Below, piece by piece: positions 50,690 through 64,000 of a DNA stretch of 64,000 bases (position 1 is the first letter of the stretch; the number at the start of each line of letters is the position of its first letter). Source of the stretch: Podarcis gaigeae (lineage: Eukaryota); NCBI GenBank assembly GCA_964106915.2, contig OZ066918.1; one strand, given 5' to 3'. Both the position numbers and the translations under genes were made by a program. The notes under the pieces were generated by a model. The model did not search any database. It was not told where the DNA came from and worked only from the letters and a program-made list of their open reading frames with translations.

Positions 50690-51510
50690 AGGATAGAGAT
50701 GGCAACAATGCAACCAAGCTGGCACTCCCTGATGTGTTAGCAAGCTTGACACTGCTGAGCATGGTGTCCTTCTGCAACAACTCAGGGGTTGGGAGACACT
50801 CTGTTAAAGAGGTTCTGCTCCTGTCTGTGGGGTCACTACCAGAAAGTAGCATCAAGGTTCTGTTGCCCTGCCCCATAGTTTTGGGGCTATTTAGCTATGC
50901 TGATATTTATGAAATGATTGGGAGTTGTCATCTGGGTATTTGGATCATGGTGTTATTGGTATGCTGATGACCCACAGCTCTCTTCCCATTCTATCTGAAT
51001 CTGGAGAGGCTGTGAAGGTGTTGGAGTAGTGCCTGGAAGCATGATGCACTGGATGGAGGCCAATAAACCGAAGCTCAGTTTTAGTAAGGCAGATGAGCTG
51101 TGGGTGGCTGGTTCCTATGTCTTGTAATTAAGTGAATGACCTGCTTTGGGAGGGGTTGCACTTCCTCTGCAGGCACAGGTTTATAGTTTGGGAGTACTCA
51201 TGGATTCCAATCTATCACTGAAGTCTCAAATACGTACATTCGGTGACTTGGAATGCTTATGCCCAGCTAAAGCTACTTAGTCAGCTGTTGCCATTCCTAA
51301 ATGGTGATAGCTTGGTCTCAGTACTTCATGCTGTAGTAAACTCCTGTCTGGACTACTGCAGTGCGCTCTACATGTAATTGCCTTTAAAGATAGTCCAAAA
51401 GTGGCATGTGCTACAATAAGACCCCCCCCCATATATGCTTTATATTGTTTTTATAATTATTTGTTGTTTTGTTTGCTGCTCTGGACTTCTTTGGGGTTGG
51501 TTGGAATAAA
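50690..51510 (+). mobile_element. Degenerate L2 LINE reverse-transcriptase fragment
   Basis: Remnants of YADD (tatgctgatgac, about 50960), CLEAV..WM.ANK and LDYCSALY (about 51350) with many stops. Confidence 0.8.
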
Positions 51511-51785
51511 ATAATAAAATAAGTCTGAACTGAAATATTACATTTAAATAAATTAATAAAGTGAAATTGGCAGTGTTTAAAGATCCTCTGATCTTCCCCT
51601 TCCATTTTTTTTTTGTTTTTTAGCAAATAGAATGCATAATTACTATTAAACATTCTTATAGAGAAGTATATAAAAAGCAAATCTTTTCTAGTTTCATTAC
51701 CATTTTTTATGTATTTGTGAAATCTAGCATTGAAAAGTAGCCTATTGAACATAAAATATGATGCCAAAATGTTCTATTTTTTTAG

Positions 51786-51842
51786 GTCGTATGGGTATAA
51801 ATTTTCATCATCCAGGAACAGATAACATTATGGCTCTCAATA
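51786..51842 (+). CDS. CPEB3: CPEB3 57-nt exon (GRMGINFHHPGTDNIMALN)
   Basis: Flanked by ttttttag and gtaagt; the peptide matches CPEB3; phase 1-1. Confidence 0.96.
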
Positions 51843-52699
51843 GTAAGTCTACATTTATCTTCTTATAATGCATTTTATATAATTTGGCTATACGCAATAT
51901 GCTTTTAAATATTTGTCTTTTGGATACAGTGAAGAGAAAGGAAAAATAGATGAAAAGTCTATGTACATTTAATCAGTCTCTACTGCTACTATAATGTGAA
52001 ACAAATAACAGAACACATCTATGGACACAGAGGTAATATTTGATCAGATGCTGATTTTGTGGAGATCCCTTATAAAATCACAAGGATCCATAATAATCTG
52101 TGCCTTATATACATGTTCCCATGGCAGTGCTGGAAATAACAGATCTGTGATTTTTGACAATGCAATCAGTGGAGATGGATGTGATTTGAGATTTGATGGT
52201 AATTATTGGTGGTGTGTAAAATAAAAATGCAGCTTTGAGAGGATGTTTTGCTGAATCTCTTATGCATGTCTCACCTCTCTTTCTCTGACTCCTGCGGAGC
52301 ACCATTTTCCTGCTCCCAGTTTTCCAAATTGTCCCCCTTTATACTTTATCCTTTCTCAGTCATTCCACTTTCTATTCTGTTGCTCATCTGATTCTTGAAA
52401 AGCAAATAGAGCTAACAGACGAAGTAGAAGTGCCCATTGTTCTGGCATCATCATCACTTTGAGCATAACTTGCTGAAAGGCTGCATGCAAAACATTATAA
52501 TTAAGAACAATGCTCCTTCATTTTCTTGTACTTTTCAAACATGGGGAGGGGGATAGTCACCTTTGCCATCTCATGACAAATGGGGCTCTGAGTGGGAGAG
52601 GGCTCAGAGGCTTTGCAAGTGCCAGAGGAAGTCTGCATGGGTGTTGTTGTGCCCATGGACGCCATGCTGGTAACCCCAACTTAAAAACCTCTCCCAAAA

Positions 52700-52968
52700 C
52701 TAGTAGTACGGGACTGTGGAATGAACTCCCTGTCGTAGCTGTCAACTTTTCCCTTTTCTTGCGAGGAATCCTATTCATAATAAGGGAATTTCCCTTTTAA
52801 AAAAGGGAAACATTGACAGCTATGTTCCCTGTCCTTCCCTGGAGGTTTTTAAGCAGAAGTTAGATGACTGTTTGTCATGGATGCTTTAGTTGAGATTTCT
52901 GCTTTGTAGGGGAGGATGACTCAATAACCCTCAGGGTCCCTTCCAACTCTACAGTTTTATGATTCTAT
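52700..52968 (+). mobile_element. CR1 3'-end fragment
   Basis: ccttccctggaggtttttaagcag...gggtcccttccaactctac...atgattctatg tail typical of CR1. Confidence 0.75.
52734..52824. mobile_element. 91-bp hAT-type MITE nested in a CR1 3' fragment
   Basis: TIRs cgtagctgtcaac..ttcccttt / aaagggaa..ttgacagctatg; TSD ctccctgt / ttccctgt. Confidence 0.78.
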
Positions 52969-53807
52969 GTGAGGCATAGGAGTGTCTTTCTACTATGTCA
53001 CCTCATTCACTTAGTCCAGTATATGCAGGTCCCACTATCTGCACGCTTGCTATCTGAAAGATCAGTTATCCACACTTAAAGGATTATGCCCAAATCTTAC
53101 TCAGCAGGTTCACTTATCCGAACAGCTGAATTCCTTCCTTATTCCCTTGTTTGTTCATGCTTTGTTGGTTGGCAGCAGCCACTTTCCAGAAGAAACCATG
53201 GAGAGAGGAAGAGGGGAGCAAGATCAGACAAATCAGAGAGCAGGAGAGATTGGACAAATCAGGTTTTTTTTTATACTGTATATAAAAAACTTTATCTCTC
53301 TTTTGCTGATTGGCTGCAGCCATTTCAGGAACAAACCCCTGGGGGTGGGGGGACAAGAGCGGACAAATCCCGCTTTAGAAATATTTCCATAGGAAATAAT
53401 AGAAATTGTGGATATGTTATGCGAAGGCTTGCCGAATGAAAAATTTCCAGGTAATGCATTGTGTTCAGTAAGCAGGACTCTAATACCATATGTTGGGAAG
53501 GCAAAAACAGTAGCTTTACAATACTTGTTTATTGGTTAGTGAAGGGCATTCTGCATATGCTCAAGGGCACACGTTTATTCACACCAGAATATTGCAGCAT
53601 GATGGTTTTCAGTGACTAAAGGAAAAACATGGCTGATGATTAAATTCCTTCTGGCCTTCCTCTTCCCTTGCTTAGCGGGTAGCTTTTGTGGTATAGCTTT
53701 TGTGGTATGTCTAGATGTTGTGGCACTACCATAGCCAGAATGCCAAGTTGTCAGGGTTGCTGGGAGCTGTAGTTCAACATCACATTGACTATCTCTGTCT
53801 TAACATA

Positions 53808-54153
53808 AAAAGGCAAAGGGACCCCTGACCATTAGGTCCAGTCGCGGACGACACTGGGGTTGTGGCACTCATTTCGCTTTATTGGCCAAGGGAGCCGGTG
53901 TACAGCTTCTGGGTCATGTGGCCACCATGACTAAGCCACTTCTGGCGAACCAGAGCAGCGCACGAAAATGCCATTTACCTACCTGCCAGAGCGGTACCTA
54001 TTTATCTACTTGCACTTTGATGTGCTTTCGAACTGCTAGGTTGGCAGGAGCAAGGACCAAGCAACGGGAGCTCACCCCATCGTGGGGATTCGAACTGCTG
54101 ATCTTCTGATCGGCAAGCCCTAGGCTCTCTGGTTTAACCCACAGCGCCACCTG
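53808..54153 (-). mobile_element. Full-length Sauria SINE (second subfamily)
   Basis: 12-bp TSD tgtcttaacata (53796-53807, 54154-54165); distinct 3' part gggacccctgaccattaggtccagtc. Confidence 0.93.
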
Positions 54154-57100
54154 TGTCTTAACATAGTTCTGAGGTAATTCCCCACTGTAAACAGGGACAG
54201 TAGCAAAATAGTATCCAAGAGATGTCTCTCTAATGTTCTGCCTAAAGGTTACCTAATAGAACCAGTATCACCCTGTTGTAGTCACAGGCCACATATTAAA
54301 TGTTCTATCATTTTAACTAAGTTCCATTGTGAGAGTAAATATTAGGTTTTCAAAACTGATCCGTTTGTGCTTAAACCTACTTCAGAATCCAATGCTAGAC
54401 ATGTTTCAGGGAATGAGGCCCTTGGAGGCTGACCTCATCATTTGAGAACAGAGTCACACTAATATACAAAATCTCTATTGCAGGATATATTTTAGTAACA
54501 TGAATGTGTTCTGTAACTACACACAAATCTGGTTAACATGTATTGCTAAGCCAAACCAAGGCTTAGCACAAATGAGCAAACATGCTGGATCTCAGAGAGA
54601 TTGCAGCTGCTTTGCTCCTCTGGTCCTGCTGCTGCCCTGCTGCGAGTTAATGCATGGTTTGGCTTAGCATTATGTCTGAATCTAGGCTTGTGGTTTATCT
54701 CCCCTAGACAAACCGCAAGTGGTAATCCATAGAACAAACCTTGGCTACTGTTTGGGCTTCATTAGGAGCAAGATAAATGTTGAAAAAGTTGGCTTTTAGT
54801 GTAGTTGACTTTTCCAGTATAACTGGAAGTTAGACTCTGGAAAAATCAGCTATTAACAAACGTAAGACATGTTATCCACAGCAGTCAGTTGATTTTTTCA
54901 TAGGAAGTTACTTCAAACCAAAGTATTAGATTTAGCTGTGGTTTGTGCACTTTTGCCATGCAGTGACTTGCCAACTTGCTTCTTGCTTCTATTCTGATCC
55001 TATTCTAGTAGACAAAAGGAGGAATGGGTTGAAATATATTTTTGATTGATAGTATTTAGTTGACTGAGATTAATTAGCATTTTCATTATCCAAGAATTTT
55101 TGTCCTTCCTTCCCTAGTTCCATGGAAACGTTTTACTAACATATCATATTTTTTTGATTAAATGGTTTATAAAATTTCTTAAATATTATTGTGGCTTTCG
55201 TGGGGTTTTTAAAATTGCATTTAATTTTTAAAAGCTGGTGTTTCTGAATGATGACTGATAATGTAGCATTAGGCTGGTTCTGGAGGCAAATGCCAGAAGG
55301 TGATGGTGGGAATCTGTTGCTCTGCCTCTTGGCCCTTTCGTTAATTGGATGCCACAGGATTCAAACTTCTTTCAGTCCTTTTTTTTTTAAGTTGGCACCT
55401 AAAGCAAAAAGAAATGTGATAAATAAAAGCATTTCAAAACTAGCTATAATTTCCTCCCTCCCTCATCCCATCCCTTGCCAAGGGGAACAATGATCAGTGA
55501 AACAAAAGAAATAACACATTAAAAGAAAAGTTACATAACCTGCCCCACCCCATATTTATGCAAACATTAAATCGCATGAAGTTTTCTTAAGAAATCTAAG
55601 ACTTTGGAAAAACTCAAGGAATCTTTGCCAAATACTTTGAAATTTTTCCAGGCAGTTACACTTAAGATAAATAATTTTCTCTTTCACATCTATGTTGGTA
55701 AAATCTTGTGTCCAGATTTCTGGATCTGAACTAGCTTAGCACAGCAGGACCAATTGTTTAGCTTCAGTTTCTGCACATTGAATCCAAGCTTTCAGATGTT
55801 TGTTTGGCTCTAATAGATGCGTTAAGTATCCTAAAATTTCATATATAGAACATAGATTAAATGGCATATTTAAGACATGTGAATGAATGCCAGTTCTGCA
55901 TTCCAAAAGTTGAGGCTGTGAAGTATGTCCGTCCCTCCCAAACTGCAACCCTGCCCTGTTTCTCAATAGCTACATGAAATCTCTGAGTGAAGTCATGTGG
56001 CGTTCCAGGCTGAAATATTATCAGAGCTGAGTATCCTCAGCATACTATCTCATTAGTTTCTAGGAAGACTGTGGGCTTATGAGACCATACTCCAATCTTG
56101 TGCGGTCTTTGGGCGCAACTCTGTGGGCTTTTCTTTTAAACCCCTGCTCAGAACTGGAGTACCTTAAGGACACCTCTCTTTTTATATGTTCCCTTCCATG
56201 CACTCCAGTCACCCCACTGAAAGCGATCACTGACCTGATTAATGTTCGAAATCACTGCCTGATTATTAATGTTCATTTACTGCTGCTATGTTTTGTTGCT
56301 ATTGCTTTTTTATTGCTGTTTCCAAAATATTTATTATATTTAAATTGCATTATCTCTATTCTGTTTGCTGTAAGCTTCTTGACCTTATTAAAGGACAAGA
56401 GGGATAAAATTTTCTTGCCAGTTTAGTTCTTACACAGCCCACTGCCTACACACCCTTTCCACCAAGGGTTATGCAGTCCATAGCTGAAACAGCAGAACAT
56501 ACCTATTTTAAAAATAAACAGAGTAAGTCATACTCCAAGAAATCCTATTGCCATGATTAAATTAAGCCATTTGATTCATTTGGCCTCCTTTCTGAATGTG
56601 GGTCACTTGGCTTACAACTATTTGAATTCTGTTAAGTTTATGTTGTGTGAATGTGAAAATGAGCTACATATTGGCTAGAAGAGTCAAATCTTCTTCACCT
56701 ACAATGCAAAAAATGTTCGTCTTGCAGTCATGAGCTATTCACTATTTTTATTTGGGAAGTGCTTTCTGGTTGCCACGTAGATTGGGATGTCCATTAAGCT
56801 AGCTTTATAGAAAGGACTGTCTGGCTGAATTCCATAAAGTTCTGTGTTTAAATCATGCCCCCCTCCGTAAATATAAAAACACCTTTGGACAGTATCCCCC
56901 CACCTACCCAGCCTGCCTGCATTTTTCTCTGTGATAGAAGAGAAATACAAGGAGAATACAAAATTCAGAGATTGCTGCAGCAGGAAGGCAGCAATCAGAA
57001 AATGAAAACCATATCCATTTGCTGTTCTCAGTGTGATAATAGACCCTGCATTTCTAGGAATAGCATGTGTGACTAAAATGCAGAGATGCTATGTCAGGTA

Positions 57101-57871
57101 GTATTGTGGGAGCTTCATAAAGATTCAGCTGCATAAAGCAATGTATAGAAATTCACACTAACCCATTTAATTAACTCAGAGCTTCATTTACCAAATGGCT
57201 TGTTTCAGTTGTCTGCCTCAATCAGATAAGCACCCTTCTGCTGTTTCTTCTACTACATTTAGTAACCCATGTACTATTATCATGGCTCAGTTTTGTCAAG
57301 GTTTGTAAAAAACAATCAAACCCCACTTTGGGAGCTGTAATTTAAAAAATAAAATAAAAAATACGTTCAGCATTTTTGTAAGAATTAGAGTTTTCTAGTG
57401 AGCTTCTTCACTGACATTATTTCGCCAAGATCTGAGATGAATACTGAAGATTAGTGTTGCTGGGAAATACAAATAAGCGCGCACACACAACTTTTCGTTC
57501 TGTGTCTAGCCATTTAAACAGATACTGATGGGTGGTTATGTTTTGACAATGCACATTGCTGAGTTTTCAGGGCTGTATATATTTATTTCTACTGAGTTCT
57601 GTGAGGAACTCTTTTAAAAATGCTTTCTACATAAAAATCATTCAAGATAGGCATCTGGATAAATGTCTACATCCTTTAGACACCTACTACAGATTCTTTG
57701 CCATTGGGGAAACGTGTTGCCCAGACAGTGCTTCTCTCAGTCACTAACCCTAGGACTGTTTGAATTACTTAAACTACTTTCTACTTCAAAAGCCGAATTT
57801 TGCAGAAAACAATATATATAGTAATTACTGTTATGCCAATACCCACTATATTTTTCTGTATTTACATGCAG

Positions 57872-57895
57872 CCAGGAGCTATGGGCGGAGACGAG
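57872..57895 (+). CDS. CPEB3: CPEB3 24-nt microexon (T-RSYGRRR-G)
   Basis: catgcag|CCAGGAGCTATGGGCGGAGACGAG|gtaaaa. Frame-preserving 8-aa alternative segment known from the CPEB2-4 family. Confidence 0.93.
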
Positions 57896-58902
57896 GTAAA
57901 AAAAATATTTTAAATTTTACTGAATATGGTGATGGGAACAGCAAATTGAGGCTATGTACAGCTGGTTATTTCTGTGGGGCAACAGGAGTGTCTTCCCCTT
58001 GCTGCCATAGTGGCACTAGTCCCAATACTGGATATATAGCTTTATAGTTATATGAACATAGTGGAGAAGTGTTTTGAAAGGAGAGAGATTTTGTTTGTTT
58101 CTCTTAAAAAACACAGTGCTGTAGTGGTAGACAGTAGCTGCTGAACTGTCCAAAGTAAAATATTCATGAAATGTTGATATATTACTAATGGCAAAAAAAG
58201 TTTAACTATTTTCAAAGATCTATGTGAACAGGTGTGGATCAACATCTATGATCTCAAATGCTTTAACAAAAAAATGAAAAATTGAAGTGTTCAATTTTCT
58301 ATTTTTTAAAAAAAAAATCTGTTGCTTTTAAGCATGTAAGATTATAAATGCTGATAAAAAATATCAAACATTTGCCTAGAAGAGGCACACCAGAGTATAC
58401 ATGTATTGTACCACTGTTTCTGCACTTTTGGGAGCTTCTGGAGGTTTTTACTTTTCCCCAGGCACAGCTCATAAAGCTATGACCCATTTCAGTTTTCATC
58501 AGAGACTATGATAGACCATAATAATATGTGTATATACTGTGGGTAATTATTATTTTATCATGCCACCCCCAAGTCTGTAATGCTCTGTACAGCTTTCCTG
58601 TATCAGATTCTGTTTCTGCAATGCAATACAGATTTCTAATTGCTTATGGTTATCACAAATCATTGTTTTGCTGCCAATTTTTAAAGTTATTATTTAATAC
58701 TTGAAACTTAACTTGAGTAATTTAACACATGCACATATTCTGCCTTGATGGTTTTTCAGTGATGCAGTATGTTTTATTACATTGTTGAAGGAGCAGCTTT
58801 AGTTTAAAGTTATGCTGAGTTGTTTTTTAAAAAGACAAGGCTTCTCATTTTAAAACTGAAAGGTTGCTGCTGAAATTAGCATGTTAGTCTTGAAGTTTCC
58901 TA

Positions 58903-58926
58903 GGAGAGAGAGAGAGAGAGAGAGAG
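58903..58926. repeat. (GA)n microsatellite
   Basis: Seen directly. Confidence 0.9.
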
Positions 58927-59043
58927 ATGGGGGGGATGGCAAGCTACTGTGGCCCTTTAAAGGAGAACGTTATTCTTACTGGTTTCTGTGGAATCCCACA
59001 TACGGCTTCTGTGTTTGCATACAGCAAACTTCAGCACCTAGAG

Positions 59044-59294
59044 CAGGGGTCAGCAAACCCTTTTAGCAGGGGGCTGGTCCACTGTCCCTCAGACCTTGTG
59101 GGGGGCCGGACTATATTTTTGGGGAGGGGAATGAATGAATTCCTATGCCCCACAAATACCCCAGAGGTGCATTTTAAATAAAAGCACACATTCTACTTGT
59201 GTAAAAACACTCTGATTCTCAGACCGTCTGCCGGCCGGATTTAGAAGGCGATTGGGCCGGATCTGGCCCCCAGGCCTTAGTTTGCCTACCCATG
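59044..59294 (+). mobile_element. hAT-type MITE (same family as 2199-2402)
   Basis: Perfect 8-bp TSD acctagag (59036-59043, 59295-59302); shared internal sequence gctggtccactgtccctcagaccttgtg. Confidence 0.87.
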
Positions 59295-62200
59295 ACCTAG
59301 AGCATAGATAAATAACTTTGTGACCCTCCAAATGTTGTTGGAGTCCCACCATCCCCAGCCAGCATGACCAATGATCCCCAAAACCAAGGGCCGTCCTTGG
59401 GGTACATGCTTAAGGGACCATAGGCTGTACTTTTGTGCTTGGATACTTCATGATGAAAAGAAAGTCACAAATGTTGATTTGCATAGGCCTGTTTGATAGC
59501 ACAGATGCCCACTTCAAGAAATGTTGTTACAGGTATCAACCTCCCCGCTCCCTCCCAAAATATTGCCATGCTCTCTGTCTGTAACCAGTCTACTCAGTCA
59601 CCATTTCCAGACTTGAATAATATGGCCAAACACTGTATCTGCCAATCATTCCAACGATGTGCCACTGGCTGGCTGACCAGTGAGGGCCTACAGGATTTCA
59701 TGCTTCTCAGATTTCCATATCAGCCAAGACATGGCTGCAATCCTAAACACTTAGTTGTAAGTAAGTTCCATTAAAATCATAAGTCCCGTTAAAATATTTC
59801 TTAGTAGACATGTATAGCAATGCACTGTTAATATACTAAGGGCTAGAGTCAAAAATATCTTAGTCTCATGTGCAACCTTCTATTTTAAAAGGCACAAATA
59901 CTATCTGTCTTTGAAATATAAGCACTGAAGAAAACTATGTGGAGCAGGGAACACATTAGCAACTGGATCCCCCACCCCCAGCTAAGCAGAGTTTGTTAGC
60001 TATGGTAATCAAAACTACTAGAAGGAATATTCTCATAGTTCATATTCTAACTTGAATAGGGAAGTTTTCTTATTTTTGTATCTGCCTCCTTTTTTTGACT
60101 CTTACTGCAGTGGATACCTGGCTTTTTCCATCATTTCTAGGCAGGGTTACATGATGGTGCTTGAGGCTGGAGGGGAATATTAGATCTGAGAGACCTCCCC
60201 TTTTCTACTTATATTTCGTTGCTATTGTTCTGCATGCATGTTACACTTTTCTGTCCTTTTCATTTCTGTCCTTAACTAAATATTGAATTGTTTCACTTTT
60301 AAAATTAGAGTTGTGAATGCAGGATAACTGTTCCCAACACCATTATCTAATTAAGAGGGAACACAAGAACATAGGCATTTCAGTTCACCAAATGAGAAAG
60401 CCAAACAATCAACGCATTATAGAGTCATTATCCTATTCTCTATTTTCTTTTACTGAATTTTAGAGAAAATAATAGAGAAATTTTGAGTCATCTTGCACGT
60501 CGAACTTCTGTTGTTATTTTACTCACATGTAAAATTCCATTTTGAAAAACTGTTTCCAGATCATGAAACTTTGGGAAATTATATTTAAAATGATAATAAA
60601 ACAGGTTTATTAAGAATGAAAAAAGTTTGTAGGTTGACATTTTCATGGAATAGATGTTGCAGTTGTCTTGCTTTGGGGATTGCTGATGCATCAGTACCAT
60701 GAATGCTTATTGGATAACAATGGGCACGCATGAAGCAAGATGCTTTCTATTTTGGCACCAAGTCTATGGAATAGCGAAATGTATTTAGAGTGTTTTTGGG
60801 TGCTGCTGCTTCGAAACATTTACAACTTTTGCCCTACTGGATTTTAAAGCAACTTAAATGATTTTTGTTGCTTATAAAATTGTTTAGCTGGTATTTATTA
60901 TTTTAACTGTCTTGATTAATTTTTGATAGAAATGGATACAAATACCTTAAATAAACAAAAATCTAAAGAGACCCACAGCGTTAAGACTATCTCTACAATT
61001 CTGAACTAGCGTAACATTTTAAAGTGAAAGCTGAGATGACCAGCATTCTTTCTAACAAGGTTCCTTGTCAAGATAAAATTTCACCGAGCAGCGCTGACAC
61101 ATGAACAGGGATAGACTGAAGAAACTAATTATTGATGAAAATGTTTTCCAACATGGACTTGGATCCAAAGATAAGTTAATTTAACCTAGGAAGTTTACAG
61201 AAGGAAAATGTTATGTTCCTTACAGCCACCTGAACCTCCCAAAAATCTTTTTCAGAGGTTTTGGCATGTGGTATTGGGGGCACTGCAGGAGGTGAGGAAT
61301 TGAGTAGACCTCTGCCTGATTTGGGGCAGTCCTCTACTCCCTTAGCACACCCCATCCACACCCCTTCCTACATTGTTTAGGAAGGCCCTCTGATCCTCTG
61401 GAGTGACTCTGGAGTGGGGCACAGATGGGTATTTGAGGAGAGGAGGGCGGGCATGCAAAACATTCCTTCCATGCACTTAAGTTTTTATCTTGCGATCCAA
61501 CCCATAGTTTTTGAGTGTATCCAAAATAGGAATTACAGTATGATTGGATCTTGCAAGGGTGTTATGTTCTGCAGTGGTGTGTATACACAAAAACATGTAT
61601 ACCTGAACTGCTCCCATAGGACCATCCTTACCTTCCAAGCAAGGCAGAGAGCATCCCAGAGCCCAATAAGCAAGTCTGAAAACCAAGTTACAAAATGACC
61701 TTTTAAGCTCTCCACCTTGCATGCAATTAATTTGTGGGCTTTCAAACAGACGGCTTTCAACTGTGCAAAGTAAAAATCATGCAAGTTAATTGTGCGTAAG
61801 ATGCGATCATACTATATTGGCTACTTACATTAATTAGGACTTGCTCTTGCTTCCACTTTGGTCTTTACATTTTAAGATGAAATTTTCTTATGCATCCAGC
61901 ATTTCTTCAAAGCAAGCACCTTAGCACGGAGTGTTCCCCCATATGTTTAAAATTGTTCAGGTGTTTAATACAACTGGCCCTTTCAAAACTTTTTAGTTTC
62001 CTACATTTATAGTATATTGCCCATTATAATTATTATGAACATTCCAGGTGACAGAATAAGAGATTAATCTGTGCTTGATTTTTATTACAATAATAATAAT
62101 AATTTCCTAGGCAACTAAAACATAGATGCTGGACAAAATACATTAACATTTACAAAATCCTACCTGCAGACCTACATTCTAATCAATGCTATAAAACATG

Positions 62201-62484
62201 AAAATGGCTACAGATAAATTTTGTGATCTACAAACAGAATGTGCTACTTTATCATTTTTTATCTCCTCTTTCCAAGCTAGCCAAAATTAATTTCTGAACT
62301 CACTTGACCACTGTGTGTATTGTGTGCATCTGGATGAATGAGTAAGGGGGTCCCAACATTACCCTTATCTGCACATGTTCAAACCGGTCATTGCTGGTAA
62401 CATGCTTGACATATATTGATATCAGAAATGACACTTATTCACATGTATGGTTGGAGGATCAAGTACATATTTTAAAAATTGTGT

Positions 62485-62585
62485 GGTGGTTGGTTGGTTG
62501 GTTGGCATTTGTCTACGCCATCAACTCCAAGGCATGTGGTAAAGCCCCAGGAAAGGACAGAATCCCAACAGAAGTGCTGAAACAA
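62485..62585 (+). mobile_element. Short RTE ORF fragment preceded by (TTGG)n
   Basis: Encodes AINSKACGKAPGKDRIPTEVLK, the KAPG.D.I motif of non-LTR elements. Confidence 0.55.
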
Positions 62586-62993
62586 ACCTCAACTTGTCCC
62601 TCATGATGCATGGTGATCATATAATTATTATTCACAGCATTTGAACCCACCTATATTTGACACAGGTGTCTTACATCATCAATTTGACACTTGTAGACAC
62701 TCATCTAGAGTAACAGTGTATTGTTGGTTAGTGATCTGAGTACCACTGTTCATGTCATGCTGTAATATGTGGTAGAGGTAGGCAAGAGAAATTTTTGTAC
62801 TCATCTGCAATATAGAATTCACTTACCTCTGGCTACAACAGTGATAGCCTAGCATGAGAGAAGGGATTTTAAAACCGATTGAGGGGAAACAAGAACTGAA
62901 ACATTTTAAAACACTCTTAGTTTGTTCATTGAATATGTCTTTCCAGAAAAGTGTAATGTTCTGACTTCTAATACACTACAACATTTTTTGCAG

Positions 62994-63161
62994 GTCGTTC
63001 TTCACTCTTTCCTTTCGAAGATGGCTTCTTAGATGACAGTCATGGTGACCAGTCTTTATCATCGGGTCTTAGCTCTCCAACCCGCTGTCAAAATGGTGAA
63101 AGAGTGGAACGTTATTCTAGGAAGGTGTTTGTTGGAGGTCTGCCTCCTGACATTGATGAAG
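62994..63161 (+). CDS. CPEB3: CPEB3 exon GRSSLFPFEDGFLDD...RYSRKVFVGGLPPDIDE (start of RRM1)
   Basis: ttttttgcag acceptor and G|gtacta donor; 168 nt; contains the RNP2 motif VFVGGL. Confidence 0.97.
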
Positions 63162-63264
63162 GTACTATGAAATAGTAATGTGCAGTGAGGGGAGGGGAAG
63201 GGAATTATTGTCATTTTCCTTTAAGTTCCCTTTCTAAAGGTCTTCACAACTTTTTTTTATATAG

Positions 63265-63354
63265 ATGAAATCACTGCCAGCTTTCGTAGGTTTGGACCTC
63301 TTGTAGTAGACTGGCCTCATAAAGCTGAAAGCAAGTCCTATTTTCCACCTAAAG
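63265..63354 (+). CDS. CPEB3: CPEB3 RRM1 exon (DEITASFRRFGPLVVDWPHKAESKSYFPPK-G)
   Basis: tttttatatag acceptor and AAG|gtaatt donor; 90 nt after a 103-nt intron. The gene continues beyond the window. Confidence 0.97.
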
Positions 63355-64000
63355 GTAATTGGGTTAATATAAGCCTTCTGGTGCATGTAAATGTTCCTTC
63401 TGTGTGTGAATGTTATTTTTAAGTATACGTTTTTAAGTGCTTGAAGTAGTTTTAAATTAAGCTGCTTCTGATGGTAGAATATGGAATAAACACAAAAAGG
63501 ATGTCCTTTTAACAGTATTTTTTTAGAAATGAATTTAGAATTTCAGCACATGAGGCTTTGTATGTGAATAGTTTCTTTCTTCTTCTCTTTCTCTAAAGAC
63601 ATATGTGGTTCTTGGCTTTTTCTCTTGGCTTTTCAATGTTCTTTAATATCTCTCTTGAGCATGTACACAGGGTCACTCTAACCATATGCTAGATGCAATA
63701 TCTTTGTGTTTGCTAGTATTGTAGGACATAAATTCATAACCATTTGCATGAGTGTCCAGCATTTGGATTGTTTAAAAGAGCTTAAAGTTGTTGCAATGCT
63801 AGTCCATACAAGACTTCATAGTCACAGGCATACTGTGTAGGACAGGAGTAGCCAGTGTGGTGCCTTCCAGATGTTGCTGGACTACATTTTCCATCACCCC
63901 TGATGATTAGCCTAGAAAAGTGTATGCCACTTCAATAGGCCGTATTTTGGGCTGTGAATGTACATTTCCTCTTCTCTAGCTGGGTTGAGCTGAGTTGATC

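Noticed and set aside
1-64000. CRISPR arrays, rRNA, bona fide tRNA or snoRNA genes
   Set aside because: None seen. tRNA-like boxes belong to SINE heads, and short direct repeats (e.g. 1233-1270, 34540-34573, 53680-53707) are local slippage duplications.

Overview
Vertebrate genomic DNA, very likely a lacertid lizard (several Sauria/Squam1-type SINEs, CR1, L2, RTE, and hAT and Tc1/mariner MITEs). The window holds the head-to-head MARCHF5 (minus strand, coding exons 1-2) and CPEB3 (plus strand) pair around a shared CpG-island promoter at about 10.4-11.65 kb. Visible CPEB3 parts are a probable non-coding first exon, the large prion-like/low-complexity coding exon (19419-20303), a 57-nt exon, a 24-nt microexon and the first two RRM1 exons. 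One exon required by splice phase is not visible and most likely lies in the 172-N gap at 40991-41162. No intact CPEB3/HDV-like ribozyme was found by eye. A sense-strand segment of the same intron (36401-36475) keeps much of its helix order but lacks the catalytic C and a full P1, so it is a speculative degenerate or pre-ribozyme candidate. Other notable items are a near-perfect 1216-bp tandem duplication, a possible overlapping uORF with a TGATG stop-start, and a long intronic foldback. I cannot claim a confirmed new system. All comparisons to mammalian sequences are from memory, not from an alignment.
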